Positions 37,146 to 49,292 of a stretch of 64,000 nucleotides of DNA are shown piece after piece. How positions within the stretch are numbered: position 1 is the stretch's first letter; each line of letters begins with the position of its first letter. This DNA is from Lepidodermella squamata (lineage: Eukaryota > Animalia > Gastrotricha), in NCBI GenBank assembly GCA_047495785.1, contig JBLDXI010000026.1, positions 930,001 through 994,000 of the forward strand, written 5' to 3'. A program made the translations under genes and the position numbers. The notes below the pieces were generated by a model. The model made no database searches and was not told the origin of the DNA. It saw only the letters and a program-made list of their open reading frames with translations.

Positions 37146-38097
37146 AACTGATAGTTACTATAGCTAACTACCGGCAGAAAATTGCTAGCACGGAGGCACG
37201 AAGGATTGGTGGCAATTCGCCGAGTTTATTTTCTTTTCTTTCTGCCTTCATTGGTCGAACGGGCTTTGGAAATTAGAGGATTGTTCCTTAATTTCAGTTT
37301 TCATTGCTTTCACGTGTCTCAAACTCAGGACACGCGCATTTTCCATCATTGACATTTTTTCAATTTACGGGTAGCGCATAGTTACCGACACCGGTGGGAG
37401 TCCATCACGTGCATTTTTTCGCATTAGTGAGCCGCTTTATCACTACATATTCGTATAAATAGTGTCTGGTTTTATGAATAATTAATAATAATAGTGTGCG
37501 TGCTTTGGTATTATTTAAAAAAATTTAATTTCAATTTCACCTTTTCCAATTGCGCCGTACGCGAAACTCGACAGCTTCTTACTATTTCTATCCTAGTTTT
37601 CGGACGTTACCTATTGTAAGACGACCCCGCTGTTGATGTTGAATGAATCGCGGAAATCGTTATTCGTGCGTAAGGTTGGGTATACAATTTTAGAATACGA
37701 TGGAGATAAAATCGATTAAAATTGCGATCCAAGCTCGCAGTTAACGTTCAGTCTCCCGTCAATTATTATAAGATTGATAGAAGGGTAATTGCCGTAGGAC
37801 AAAACTTCAAAATTTTCCTGAAAACCGTATATTGTAAGATCAGTGATCATTTTTACCCTTTTTCAATGGCTCAATGGAAAAATAGGGGAAACTCTGATTT
37901 GGCCTAGTAAATTGTTTTAGAAAAACGCGTGAATCCTAAATTTGAAATAAAGGATTTTTCATTAAGGAGTTTCTATATTGCATCAGAAATTTTTCTGAAA
38001 TCATTCACGTTTTTTGTGTGACTTTTCCTTACGTTACTACTTTACTACTGACGGTGAAAGAATAAAATGTTGTTGTTCGATTTTTTCAAGTAAAGTT

Positions 38098-38281
38098 TGG
38101 ACATGGCTATGTGAACACAGGAAAAGTGTATCGCTCAATGGCTATGCGTACACATTGTGTGTGCGTGATTGGCTACTTATTGAACACAACGCGCGCTTAA
38201 ATTTGGCTGTGGTGTCACGCACTTTGTGTACGCATAGCCATTGGGCGATACACTTTTCCTGTGTTCATATAGCCACATCCA
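38098..38281. repeat. Imperfect palindrome/MITE, ~60-bp arms
   Basis: TGGCTATGTGAACACAGGAAAAGTGTATCGCTCAATGGCTATGCGTACACA versus TGTGTACGCATAGCCATTGGGCGATACACTTTTCCTGTGTTCATATAGCCA. Confidence 0.8.
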
Positions 38282-38610
38282 TAAAGTTTGATTGGTGTCA
38301 GGTATCCATAGGCTATAATACATGATACGTGATATAAGGCACCACCTTCGAAGAAAGTCATAGACGTCCAGTATCAACTTGAAAATCATTCCTGCGTTCG
38401 GACAGGCGGATTGAATTTCAACATGCTACTGAAAAAGTAGGAAATTTATTTACTCGAAAATTCTGAAATTTCATGCTAAAATGATTTCGCTCTCTCGTCG
38501 TCAACCTTTAAAGTTTATTTTTAGCCGAAAACAAGATATTTACTTTTTAACAAAAGGAAGTGACACTTCCGCGTGAATGTAAATTTGAAACCAGTTGAAC
38601 TTCGCACCTT

Positions 38611-41007
38611 TTAGAGCGTTTCCAGGTTGAGGAAGTAAGTTGGCGCCAAGCATGTAATGGATGTAATAGCGGTTAATGCCAAAGACACAGCCGACACCGT
38701 CATATGTTGATCGGGTGGCTTACGTAGGACAATCACGATAAGAATAGCCGCTAAAAGCAGCATCGCCGAATTCGCCAACGCGCCGCGCATCCACGCAATC
38801 TCAGGACACCCGACACCTGCAATGCGCGATAGCTGATAGGCGAAAAACGACCCGGCTATCAACACGCCTAGATGGCAGAAAACCAGAGCAAAAATCCACG
38901 CCGACCACCAACTCTGCGACGTGCAGTTATTCGTCCAAATATCGATGATTTCATCGCGTTGTTGAGAAAAGTCAAGACTTGCGATTTGTTGCATGGAGCA
39001 TGCAATAGGGTCGCCTAACAACCATCCGGCCAAAAAACCGCCGTGCACTAAAGCGAATAACAAAATAACAAGGGCAGCCTTCTTATCACATCTAGCCCAG
39101 TTCTGCAGTTTCAAAAAACGCTCCTGATCTGGCTCGAGATCGCAAGCTGACTGCCGGCCGAGATTACCATTGCTCTGGGATGGTAGGACTAAGGATGACC
39201 TCCTTAGGTTAGGATCCGGCGCAAGTGACGAACGACGGGCAAGTGACTTTTGCGTGCCGAGTTTTGTATGAGTTGAACTATGCCTCACACGGGCAAAGGA
39301 CATTGGCCCCAACTTCCAAGACCTTGCGAGTAGGATGGGCCGGAAAGCTAGAAATCCGTTCACAATCGCAAGTCCGATAATAAGGAGGCATAGCCTGATT
39401 TCAGCTAACATTTTCCCGAAATCAAACAGGCCGTACAAAATCGCAGAAGCATTAACCAAAATCATAGCAAGAAATGCGAGGGTTTTACATTTTGGGAACA
39501 ATACTTCCTTTTCGATTTTGTGAAATTTAATCACAATTATGATGCCTGTGGTATGGATAACAGCAATTATTGCTGATATTGCAACAATCGCGTAGAAGAA
39601 AGGCTGTGAAATCATCTCGACTCGGGTTATCGATTGAAGCTGGTCTTTTGGAGATTTCCATAATTTGCCACTTATCAGTTCCGGGTCGATATTTCGAACT
39701 TCGTAGCTGTCGTAGGCGAAAACCTCTTTAACGCCCTGTTTCACGTGGACGGTAGCGACTAGACGGACTCCGTTTGGGGTCCAATAGTTGACAACCTCCA
39801 CACCCCCTACTACCTGCCCGCCAGGACTGTAAGACATATTGCCAGCTCTAAGACCAGCTACATTCACATTCAAAACTGAGTAATTCGCGAGTTTCATGAC
39901 AGTTTCCGGAAAAGTCTTGTAGTCAGAAAGGGTTAGATTCATAGCTCGCAGCCTTCTCTCGGTATCGTCCAAAGCGATGACAGTTTTCAGAGCGGAATCG
40001 TGGCACAAGTAACGCATCATAGAATCAGCTGGTGGGTTGCCATTAGTCATTTTATCCATGACTACCTCAAACTCCGGCCAAGTCATACCAAAGTGCGACC
40101 TTTTCGGCCGATCCTCGTCGAAAGGGAACATGGACGCGCCGGTCCAGAAGGTTTGTTTCATTTGCTCAATTACGATATCCCGAGTGCAACCTGGATAGAT
40201 TTCTATCGGCAGAATGTATGGGTCGATTAGCTGATAGTTATCGGCGACGAAAACGTAGCGGCTCCCGCGGAATCCTTTGTGGTAAGATTCACAGAAGATT
40301 TGAATGGTCAACTTGTCAGAACTTATGCTGATCACTAGAACCCTCGTATCACTGGACATTAGAGAGATTACTGTGCCCTGGTCAACATCCCCAGATAACA
40401 TGCCGAACCACGAAACAGAGAAACCATTGGCGATAGCATGGTCTTGGATGAAAAGACCAGTTCCGTAGTCGTTAGGATTTTCTGCGAAGGTTATGATACC
40501 AAATCGATTCCATTTACCGACTTCTCGGATGAATTTAAGCTGCGTGAATGCCGTAGTTTTCATGGTCGTGACACTTAGGTACAGATTAGGATACTTCCAA
40601 TGTTCGGTTAGGAAGGGGGCTGTGCATGATGTGCTGATAAGGACTCCATTTAGGTAACCCAAGGTTCGTCCGATTGGGCGGCAGCCACTGGAATACTGCG
40701 TTCCAACCATAATCGGGGCTTTGTTTTCAATGTCCTGTCTGTCGAGAAATCGCAAGACTTGTTTGAACGCTTGCCGCCCGACAGATTCGTCTTCGTAATC
40801 CATTTCAAGGCGATAGTCGCTCAAAATGTCCGTTCGATTATTGGTCAGGTCAAGGACGAGTTGGCTTGATAACTGGCAAGATTCGCCCTTCTGAGGATCA
40901 AGCCCTGTGAATGGTATCAGGTTGAGTATGGTAAGAGTTTTATCTTTCAAGCCAGTGACATAGGTCATTTGGTGTTGCAGGGCAAGGGTGAAGAAAACAA
41001 AAAGCAT
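38611..41007 (-). CDS. Intronless class C GPCR, GABA-B-receptor-like (Venus flytrap domain + 7TM), 798 aa
   Basis: Signal peptide; ANF-receptor-like motifs (NNRTDILSDYRL, GTQYSSGC, YPNLY, KWNRFGII, GFRGSRYVFV); seven hydrophobic helices; no Cys-rich domain. Confidence 0.85.
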   Translation of the reverse strand: MLFVFFTLALQHQMTYVTGLKDKTLTILNLIPFTGLDPQKGESCQLSSQLVLDLTNNRTDILSDYRLEMDYEDESVGRQAFKQVLRFLDRQDIENKAPIMVGTQYSSGCRPIGRTLGYLNGVLISTSCTAPFLTEHWKYPNLYLSVTTMKTTAFTQLKFIREVGKWNRFGIITFAENPNDYGTGLFIQDHAIANGFSVSWFGMLSGDVDQGTVISLMSSDTRVLVISISSDKLTIQIFCESYHKGFRGSRYVFVADNYQLIDPYILPIEIYPGCTRDIVIEQMKQTFWTGASMFPFDEDRPKRSHFGMTWPEFEVVMDKMTNGNPPADSMMRYLCHDSALKTVIALDDTERRLRAMNLTLSDYKTFPETVMKLANYSVLNVNVAGLRAGNMSYSPGGQVVGGVEVVNYWTPNGVRLVATVHVKQGVKEVFAYDSYEVRNIDPELISGKLWKSPKDQLQSITRVEMISQPFFYAIVAISAIIAVIHTTGIIIVIKFHKIEKEVLFPKCKTLAFLAMILVNASAILYGLFDFGKMLAEIRLCLLIIGLAIVNGFLAFRPILLARSWKLGPMSFARVRHSSTHTKLGTQKSLARRSSLAPDPNLRRSSLVLPSQSNGNLGRQSACDLEPDQERFLKLQNWARCDKKAALVILLFALVHGGFLAGWLLGDPIACSMQQIASLDFSQQRDEIIDIWTNNCTSQSWWSAWIFALVFCHLGVLIAGSFFAYQLSRIAGVGCPEIAWMRGALANSAMLLLAAILIVIVLRKPPDQHMTVSAVSLALTAITSITCLAPTYFLNLETL

Positions 41008-41854
41008 TTCGAGGTCCTTTGAATGAAAAATGTTATTATTTGCGATTTCAAATTAGGATTGAAGGTTGGCTTTGGTGTGAAATATTTCCCCAACCCTCTG
41101 CTACTTAATAGGAAGGAAACAAAGCATACGCAGCCTGCCCAATCATGCGTTTCCGATGTATTAAGACGCATAGACTAGAAATAGCTTGATTGGCACGCAG
41201 ACAAGATGACGTAAATTGCAGATAAAGCGCTTGCCAGAATCAGTTTACAGTTTATTACTTTTCCACTTCCGTACAACGTACCTAAGATGATCCACGAAGT
41301 GTGGCAAGATAAATTTGATTGATACAGAATGAAAATAAACCCGGTTCGAATAAGCTTATACCCCAGCAACTAAGCTAACCCTGTTCACACTTCACAGATG
41401 CCAATAAATCTGCTGCATACTTCAGAAATGTATTTTCTTCCGGCTCCTTCCGCTTCCCATTAAGTGTATTTTCGAAAATCGGGAATCTTCAGTTTCTCCG
41501 TTACTTTGCGGTCTATGAGTGAAGAATGACAGCAAGTTGAATATTACTCATTTGGGAATATTCATCGTAACTGGCAGGGTTTCGAGGACTCAGGAGTTCT
41601 TCACATTGAAACTCCTCCACAGCATCATAGCAACAAAATAGCGAATAAAAAACATGTTTCCCTGTTGCGCACACCTATTTCGGAGACCCCTGGGGGAAAG
41701 CAATCGTCCAATTCGTTCAGACTTGATGCACGCACTCAGTTGTTCAATTATTAAACATGCTTTTATCTGTCACACCCCGCGCAAGGGAATAACACATTAA
41801 AATGTCTTATTTTTACAAGCTACGTCAGAAAATTGAGTTTTGAAATAAAAACAA

Positions 41855-43841
41855 ATGTTCCGTCAAGTTTACGCAAACCAAAGGAGAGTTTCTTCTTCTT
41901 CGGATTCGTCGTCCACCGACGGCGATTCTGATTACGATGATAAGCATCGAAAGCCTCATCATCACAAGGAATCGCCTAGGGCTGCATCTACCCAGGAGTT
42001 GTATGAAGGGCGGAAGAAATCAATCGCAGCGGGAATGGCACTTGCTGCTCCAGTCCAGTTAATGGCGCCAAGAAATCAGCTACCGTTACAACCTCAACTA
42101 CCAGGCTTCGTCCCATCAACAATGCACCAGGGCCCTCCAAAGGTTTCATTCGACGACTCGATGATACCGTCTAAGGAGCAGCAGATGGGGTTCTACAATA
42201 ATCGCCCGGCTGCCTTCCCGCAGCACCAGAACTCAGCTTTGCCCATGGCCAAGGAACCGGCTAAACCAGTCAGGAATCACCACGGCCACAACCACGGGCA
42301 CAAAAAGGTCGAGCATATTCGTAGTGGTATTCTGAGAACAGCTTTGACAGCATTTTGCCTTTTCCTTGCCACTATTCTTTACTGCATAATAGGAGGTGAG
42401 AAAATAATGCTATAAATGATGTCGGAAATAATTGTTCTTCTTTAAGGCCTCATGTTCAGTTACCTAGAGCAAAGCAACGAATTGGCTGAGTGCCAACAAT
42501 TGAGATTCTTGTATCAGAAGGCGAGAAACGCAACGGCTTTCACTCTCTATGACATTGCATCTTCGCCGGATATGGGCGATGAGGATAAGCTCGAGGCATT
42601 CTTGCCCATATTGGACACGCTGAGGTCTTCTATTCAAAACATCAGCTGGGACGGAAGAACCTGCGAGACCATGAGTTCCAAGTGGTCCTTAATCAGTGCA
42701 TCGTTCTTCTCCTTCACCGCAGTTTCCACCATTGGTTATGGTCACATGTGAGCTGACCTTTTAACCTTTAACTTTAATTTATATCTCTATATCTCATGCT
42801 TGCAGAACTCCTCGAACGAACTGGGGCCGATTGGTTTGTATCGCCTACGCTACAGTCGGATTGCCTTTGATGCGTAAGTTCCTATCGAAATTAGCTTCGA
42901 ACTCGATTCATACCGTTTTTCTAAGTTCTGACCCTGGCAAAGATTGGCGCGGTGTAAGCCTACTTAATATTTTCATTTATCGGCATCATCATTTGTTCTA
43001 TTTAGCTTTGCATACTATTTCCGGGCATTCTACTTCAAAATCCTGTGTTGCGGAATCTGCATCGCCCGACGGCGTAATCAAGCTCGTCGGCGAACTTCTG
43101 TCATGAAGCGGCAACAATTTCTCTGGAATCCAAACAGTGCGAACAAAACTAAACCAGTCGAGCTGGTAGAAGATATCAGCAGTGATGAGGAGGAGGGCAA
43201 TCACAACAGCATTGGGGCTAATATCCCTCTACTAATGTCCCTCGGAGTTGCCGCTTCGTCGATTTTGATCGGCGTTGCGATTTTCACAGTGCTCGAAAAG
43301 TGGTCCGCATCAGATGCAGCTTATTTCTCCTTTGTCAGCTTGGCTACAATCGGATTTGGTGACTTGGTCCCGGGTTATGCACCTCTTACTGGAGCAACTG
43401 ATGAAGCGAAAATGGCAATCACTGCAGCCTACATCTTCATGGGAATGGCTATACTTTCAATGGCCTTTCAGTGAGTTGAGATTTACCTTCAATTCTGATA
43501 ATGAAGTTAAAATTCTCCGCAGAATGATGCAAGATGAGGTGATCGAAAAGTTCCGTTGGCTTGCTACCAAGTCTAAGCAAATTTGTTGCCGCAAAGCTAA
43601 TGGAGCAAAGGGTAATGAAGTCGCAGCCAAACCGCGCAAAAGCATCGCACATCCAGCGCAAGAACCGCCGCCCATGAGCCAATCTCCAACCAATGAGTCT
43701 GTCGGAAAGCTTTCCCTCGCAAAAGTAGCCCCGTCTCTGTACGGGAATCCGATGCAGAAGGCTATGCCGATGAATGCTTGGCCTGAGAAGCCACCGATGA
43801 TGCCTTTCAACAAACCTGGCAACATGATGGGTCGTTTTTGA
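41855..43841 (+). CDS. Two-pore-domain (K2P/TWiK-like) potassium channel, multi-exon
   Basis: Pore 1 FFSFTAVSTIGYGH, pore 2 YFSFVSLATIGFGDLVP, TM2 CIAYATVGLPLM; includes a ~28-nt micro-exon at ~42926-42953. Confidence 0.9.
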
Positions 43842-43902
43842 AGCTACCCGAACTTTTTACACCCGATTTTGTTCATATTTTATTCAGTTGAATTATCAAG
43901 CG

Positions 43903-45609
43903 CTACGCCCTTTTCTTTACATCGTTCATTTTCTTCTTCCTAGAGCAGCATCTCGCTAGTAGAACCAGTATGAATGTCAATAAAACTATTGGTAAAGCTA
44001 TAACATCAAGGTTGTGAAGTCTGTAAAACGGCCATTCATCCTCCAGAACTACCAAATGTTGCGAGCCAGCGTTCATCTCCATCTCGATAACATCGGCTAC
44101 ATACTCGAATCGCTGCGATGAGTAGTAAGCGAGTTTAGAAAAAGCTTCTAGATTAGCTGTAAACGTCGCATTGTTTTCGTATTGATCGATCATTCGTCGG
44201 CTTTTTAGACAGACTTCATCAGGGGAGTACAGCCGATCCCCGAAGCCATTTTCAATCGCTCGAAATGCGTTGAAAGGCTGATCACTGAAGCCTGGTATGA
44301 TCAACACGGGCTTAGCTGCCAAATTCGTTTCGAAAATACTACTCGCCCCACCGTGGGATACGAAAAGCTTGACAGCTGGGTGACTCAAGATTTTCCGTTG
44401 AGGGAGCCATTTCGCATGGCGTAACCGGTCATTTTCCAGCTTTGCATCAATCACATCATCGACTTCTTTGACTCCGGTTGCCCATAACAAATTTATCACT
44501 ATGCTATCGCTTTGATTACATGAGCCACTGTCTAAAATGCCTGTGATGAGTTTTCGCATCTCTTCTGATGTGTAACGCCCGATGGTTCCAAAAGCCATGA
44601 AAACGACGGCTTGATTCTTTTTCCCGGCCAAATTATCCAGCCAATTCTTCAAGTCAGGCTCGATTTCGGAGTCATCTTGTTCCAATGGAGGTCCAACGAG
44701 ATGAAGAAACGGCGAGGCATAACGAGGTACTTCCAGGCCGTGATAATTGAAAACAAACTTATGGACCCGTTCAAGATTACCGAAAGAGAAGTCGGACGAC
44801 TCGATGATACCTAGTTTCCGCCTGATAACGTTCCATTGATCGAAAAGAGGTTGCGTTATATATTTGAATGCCAGTGGATAAATAAAGGTAAGACCAAGCC
44901 TTTCCAGAAAAGTTATCGATTGAGGCGATTTTCCTGTTTGAACGGGCGGTAAGAAGGCTGGAGGTGCCGGGTAAACCGGGTTTGTTGAGGAGGACGAAAA
45001 CATGACGAAGGGCGTTTTAGTCGTGAGGCAGTAGTCTTTACATGTTATGCTGGAATAGTCACATACAACAAGATCTGGCTTATCCTTGCTGAACAGATCC
45101 ATATAAGACCGATAGAGGCCCTCAGAGCTATGCTCAATCATCACTCTCATAAGCTCAGAAACGATATCTTCGAATAGAAATTGTTTTAGACTAGAATTTT
45201 AGATGTAAGCGTTCTTACTTTTCCCCATTTTGTTAGGGTTCAGTGTTTCCATGTATCGCTCAATGTCTTCGTGAGCCGTTTTATTATCTGGATCGTCGAA
45301 TTCCGCGGTGTATTTCAGAACAACAGTCGAGTGGAACACGCCCTCCTTCACCCATGTGAACACTTTGTCAGACAACGCCGCCAGAGTTAACCGATTGCCC
45401 CTCTCAGCTAGAACTTCAGCCACTGATGACATTGGTTTCACATGAGACCGTGTTCCGCTCTCCATTATGAATAAAATATGCTTAGGTCGAGCGATATCCT
45501 CAACCACATGCTTTGGCATAATGTCCTTCAGGATTTGCAAGTTCCGCGCACTTCTGCATTCCCCTGCTAAGAAGCAGCTAACGAAAATCAGCAAAACTTT
45601 CAGATTCAT
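43903..45609 (-). CDS. UDP-glucuronosyl/glucosyltransferase (UGT, GT1), 2 exons
   Basis: Signal peptide MNLKVLLIFVSC; catalytic His in GTRSHVKPM; signature WLPQRKILSHPAVKLFVSHGGASSIFE...P.FSDQPFNA; C-terminal TM and dilysine tail. Confidence 0.92.
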
Positions 45610-46039
45610 TTTGGTAAATGGGGTGAATAGACCTTTTTTCTTTATCATTTCTTGCTCTGATACAGATACGCGGGCATATCTCATTCTAGTACGCGTGATA
45701 AACGAGAGCATAGATAAAACCGCAATAATTCAACTCCAACGTATAATTCGAATTTCGAAGATGGATTAATAAGTTCTCCTTTCTCGTCCTAAATGTTTAT
45801 TGCCTGGACGATGATCGAAAGTGCTTTACAACCATTAGCGAGATCCGGAAGTTGATATCGAAAACAATCAACAAATGCTAAGCAAAAATAGCTGCTGTTA
45901 ATGCACCATGTTTGCTGATCATTTCATTACATAAGCAAACAATTATATTCCTGAGAGCGCTGGAAAGCAATCATCGCATTAGTTTATAATTTCGTCCAGT
46001 TTTTTGAGACTGCCATATTTCTACGAGAAATTTCCAGAG

Positions 46040-47603
46040 ATGGCTGAAGATCCGTTCAGGCCACTGACCTTTTCTATGAAACTTGTGGGACTATATCCAA
46101 ACGTACTCAGCGCGACCAATAGATATGACTCATTCGAGGAACTGCCTGATAAATCGCTGTTTGTTCATCGTCGCATCTCTTACGCAACAAAAGCTTTGTT
46201 CGGAATTTTCTACGCAACAATCCTTCTCATCCTAGGATGGTTCAACGCATTCCGCTATGCAACGCTGTTTTTCGCAATCAAAACAACACAGCCTGATTAC
46301 ACGTTTGCGGATTTGGCTTACTATGCTCTCATCATTTTGTTCTACTTTCAAGCCGCCTGCGTTCGGACTTTCATCTATGTCGGCTGTTTGAAGGGCAAAT
46401 GGCAGCCGATAGTCAAGTCGGTCGGCTTGATGAGCCGTAGTAGCTGGAGGTTGCCTCGAAATATGCGATTAGTCACTGCTATGGCTTGGATTTGGTTCTT
46501 TTTCATGTCCGTTGTTCTTTTTTTGATTATCGTTGTGCTGAAGCCTCAATTCGGCTTCATGGCTACTCCCCTTCATCTACCACAAGCTGACGTCAGCGAT
46601 GCGTCTTGGCCTTTTATCGCCGTGTTGACCTGCATGTTGAACTGGGTCTCAGACTCCGCCTCAATTTTCGGGAATGCCTTCATTGGATGCCTAACTGTCG
46701 TCCACTCAATGAATTTCCGCCGCCTAGCGAAACAAATACGAGGAGACCAGTGCGAGAATCTCGAGGAAATTGTAGTCAGCCTCGAGCGAGATGCAGCATT
46801 CGATCGGCTCACAAATAAAACCGCTCCGAGTAACAGAAAGAAAGGACTTATCGTTATCAACGAATCGAAGTTCGGCGGCGATCAAGCTGGCCATTCAACT
46901 CTACTTCGAATCAACCCCGTTCTGCAGGTTCAAACTTACGAAAGGAAGTCTTGTGTTAAGAAATCTATTTCTCTGCCTGAAAACGGTTTAAGCTCCCTGA
47001 AGAGGAGCGTCAGAGTAACGCAGCCAAATGGTGGAATCGACGCTGAGCAAATACGGGTTAGTCATCTGAGAATGGTAGCTGTAGCTCGGGAGTTGGACCA
47101 ATCAGCACAATGGGCTGTTTTTACAGCAACTTCTTGCGGCTTTGTTGGCCTTCTTGGAATTTGGTACCAGATTTTCCTGGGGCCGACTGACGCATTTGCT
47201 AAGGTTACATTAGCAGTTTGGCTGGTGGTGGGTGCGTCCCTTCTATTCCTTCACATCGTTGCTTCGGCTTGCTTGAGCTCAGCAGCTGAAGATGTTTTGT
47301 CGGCCATTTACAGTTCTCTGCCGAAACGAGTAACTTGTTTGAAGACTAACGCTACCCAGCTGACGATCTTACTCAACCAAGTTACCACGCAACAAGTCTC
47401 TTTAACCTTGCTTGGCATGATCAATCTGAACAAGGAATGCATTGTCGCGGTACATATTTTCGAAGTCTAATGCGAAATAAAATATCATCTATTTTCAGCT
47501 TTTCGGAGCCCTTCTGACCTATTTCCTGATCTTAGTGGACTATACTGCCGCGGAACGAGACCGACATCAAAGCATGCTCCTCTCTGCAGCTCGGAATGGG
47601 TGA
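46040..47603 (+). CDS. Gustatory-receptor-like (GR/GRL, 7TM ion channel superfamily) protein, 2 exons
   Basis: Multi-TM ORF ending LTLLGMINLNKECIVA, a phase-0 intron at ~47450-47498, then LFGALLTYFLILVDY, matching the TM7 TYhhhhhQF-type motif and intron position of the family. Confidence 0.8.
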
Positions 47604-47760
47604 CTCGACAACGAAAGAAAAGCTAACATAACATGTCGGCTAGTAATGTCGGCTAACAAGTTGTTGAAATTGCGCTTTTGTCAGTCTCATGATGCTATGT
47701 TGTAGTAAAGTTGAGTGAAGATAGTTCACTGATAGTAAGGGTGGAAAGCACATTTTAACC

Positions 47761-47921
47761 TCATGGGCTCCGAGGGAACTTTTTGAAAACTAATTTTTGC
47801 TGGAGAGCCCTGCGAAAGATGCTGTTGCCCACGAAGTATGTGACAAAAGTTGCGCAGTATTCTACCGACAGTAGAAGTAAAACTGTTGAACGTAATCGCT
47901 GCAAGGTTTTAGCATCGATGA
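47761..47921 (-). pseudogene. Orphan duplicate of the last (TM7) exon of the neighbouring class A GPCR
   Basis: Translates IDAKTLQRLRSTVLLLLSVEYCATFVTYFVGNSIFRRALQQKL versus IDAETLRQLYSTVLLLLELEYCANFIIYFVGNSLFRRALLQKL. Confidence 0.75.
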
Positions 47922-48138
47922 TCAATACATTTGGAGAAATTAATTTATTTTCATGAATTCTTAATTCAGCATTGTCGCGCTGAATATTTTCGAGGTTTAA
48001 TAAAAAAAGTAGTATAATAAAATCTAATTAATATTCACATTTTCGGATCCCTGCTGTATTTCGTGAGCGTGGTGGACTTGATCGTGATCTTGAAGTCATG
48101 ATGGCTGTTGAGCTGCTGAATAGGCGCGTTTGACAGTC

Positions 48139-49292
48139 TCATGGGGTAGAATAGCTGTGCGAAGACTGGTCATTAGTAGACGGGGTTGGTAGCGAGTTTA
48201 ACCTTTGCGATTCCAAGGGAACTTTTCGGCACGCTAATTTTTGCAGGAGAGCCCTTCGAAACAGACTGTTACCCACAAAGTAAATAATGAAGTTGGCGCA
48301 GTATTCCAGCTCCAGTAGCAGTAAAACCGTTGAATATAATTGCCGCAAGGTTTCAGCGTCGATTCCAGCGTGGTGCCAGAAGGAGCGGGTCAAAGGATTC
48401 AAAATCGCAACCTGTACGCCAAACCGTCGAAATTCCCGGGAAAATTGAATAAACCACCTACCGGGAGTTCGCCGATAACCGTCACAAAGCTTGCAGTGAT
48501 CAGAGTAATTGTAAGAGACCGCTGGTTCCGATTATGGTGGTTTGTTATCATTGTTGGCCTATGGGACTCTTTATATACGGCTATTATTAGCAATGTGTTA
48601 ACGGTGATGAGGAACAGAATGCAACCTATTAGATTACGAATATTAAGGCCAGTAAAATCATTTGAATTCTTACCAATGTTGTAAACAGCAAAACGAATGA
48701 CGGAATAAATTACAAAGTACTCCTTCAAAGAAGAATTCTGCTCCGTACCGTCGAAGCATTGCCAATTTGTCGCTACGAAAAGGTGCGCCAGCATCCGCGG
48801 AAGGTTAAATATGGTAGTAGCCAAAATCACGCTCAAGCAACGCCGTTTCGCGGCTTGCCGTTGCCTCGACAAAGCCAACGAATCTTTTCGTGAAGTTCGA
48901 TTTCTTGTTACGAACAAATATCTTTCGAGAGTAAGTGCGCATGTGAGAACAAACGCTGTAGTAGCTCCCCATGCCATTAAAGGCCATGAGATGTAATCTG
49001 TCACGAAACGGAGCCATTGCGCGTCAGTATTACTTTGCTTGACGATGGTGAACACAATCTGACCGATCATATTAACCATTTGAGCACCGGCCAATGCTGA
49101 TAAGTACACGTAGATTGGAGCTTTGAAGATTTTGGAATCTTGCATTATCCAAATACTGAGTATATTGCAAAAGAAGACGAAAATTGACGGCGGGATGATG
49201 TAAATGTAAACTATGTTTTGAAGTAGTTCTGTGTCCGATCTTTGAACAGTACAGATGCTTGAATCGGAAACGTTAAAACTAGAGAAGACCAT
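48139..49292 (-). CDS. Class A (rhodopsin-like) peptide-receptor-type orphan GPCR, 3 exons
   Basis: CNILSIWIM (TM1), YVYLSALA (TM2), LTLERY (TM3), FNLPR (TM4), IGELP (TM6), NFIIY...FR (TM7). Introns 48673-48626 and 48461-48412 restore the frame. Confidence 0.85.

Noticed and set aside
48399-48461. Apparent frameshift in the class A GPCR
   Set aside because: Explained by a 50-nt GT-AG intron (48461-48412) that restores the frame.
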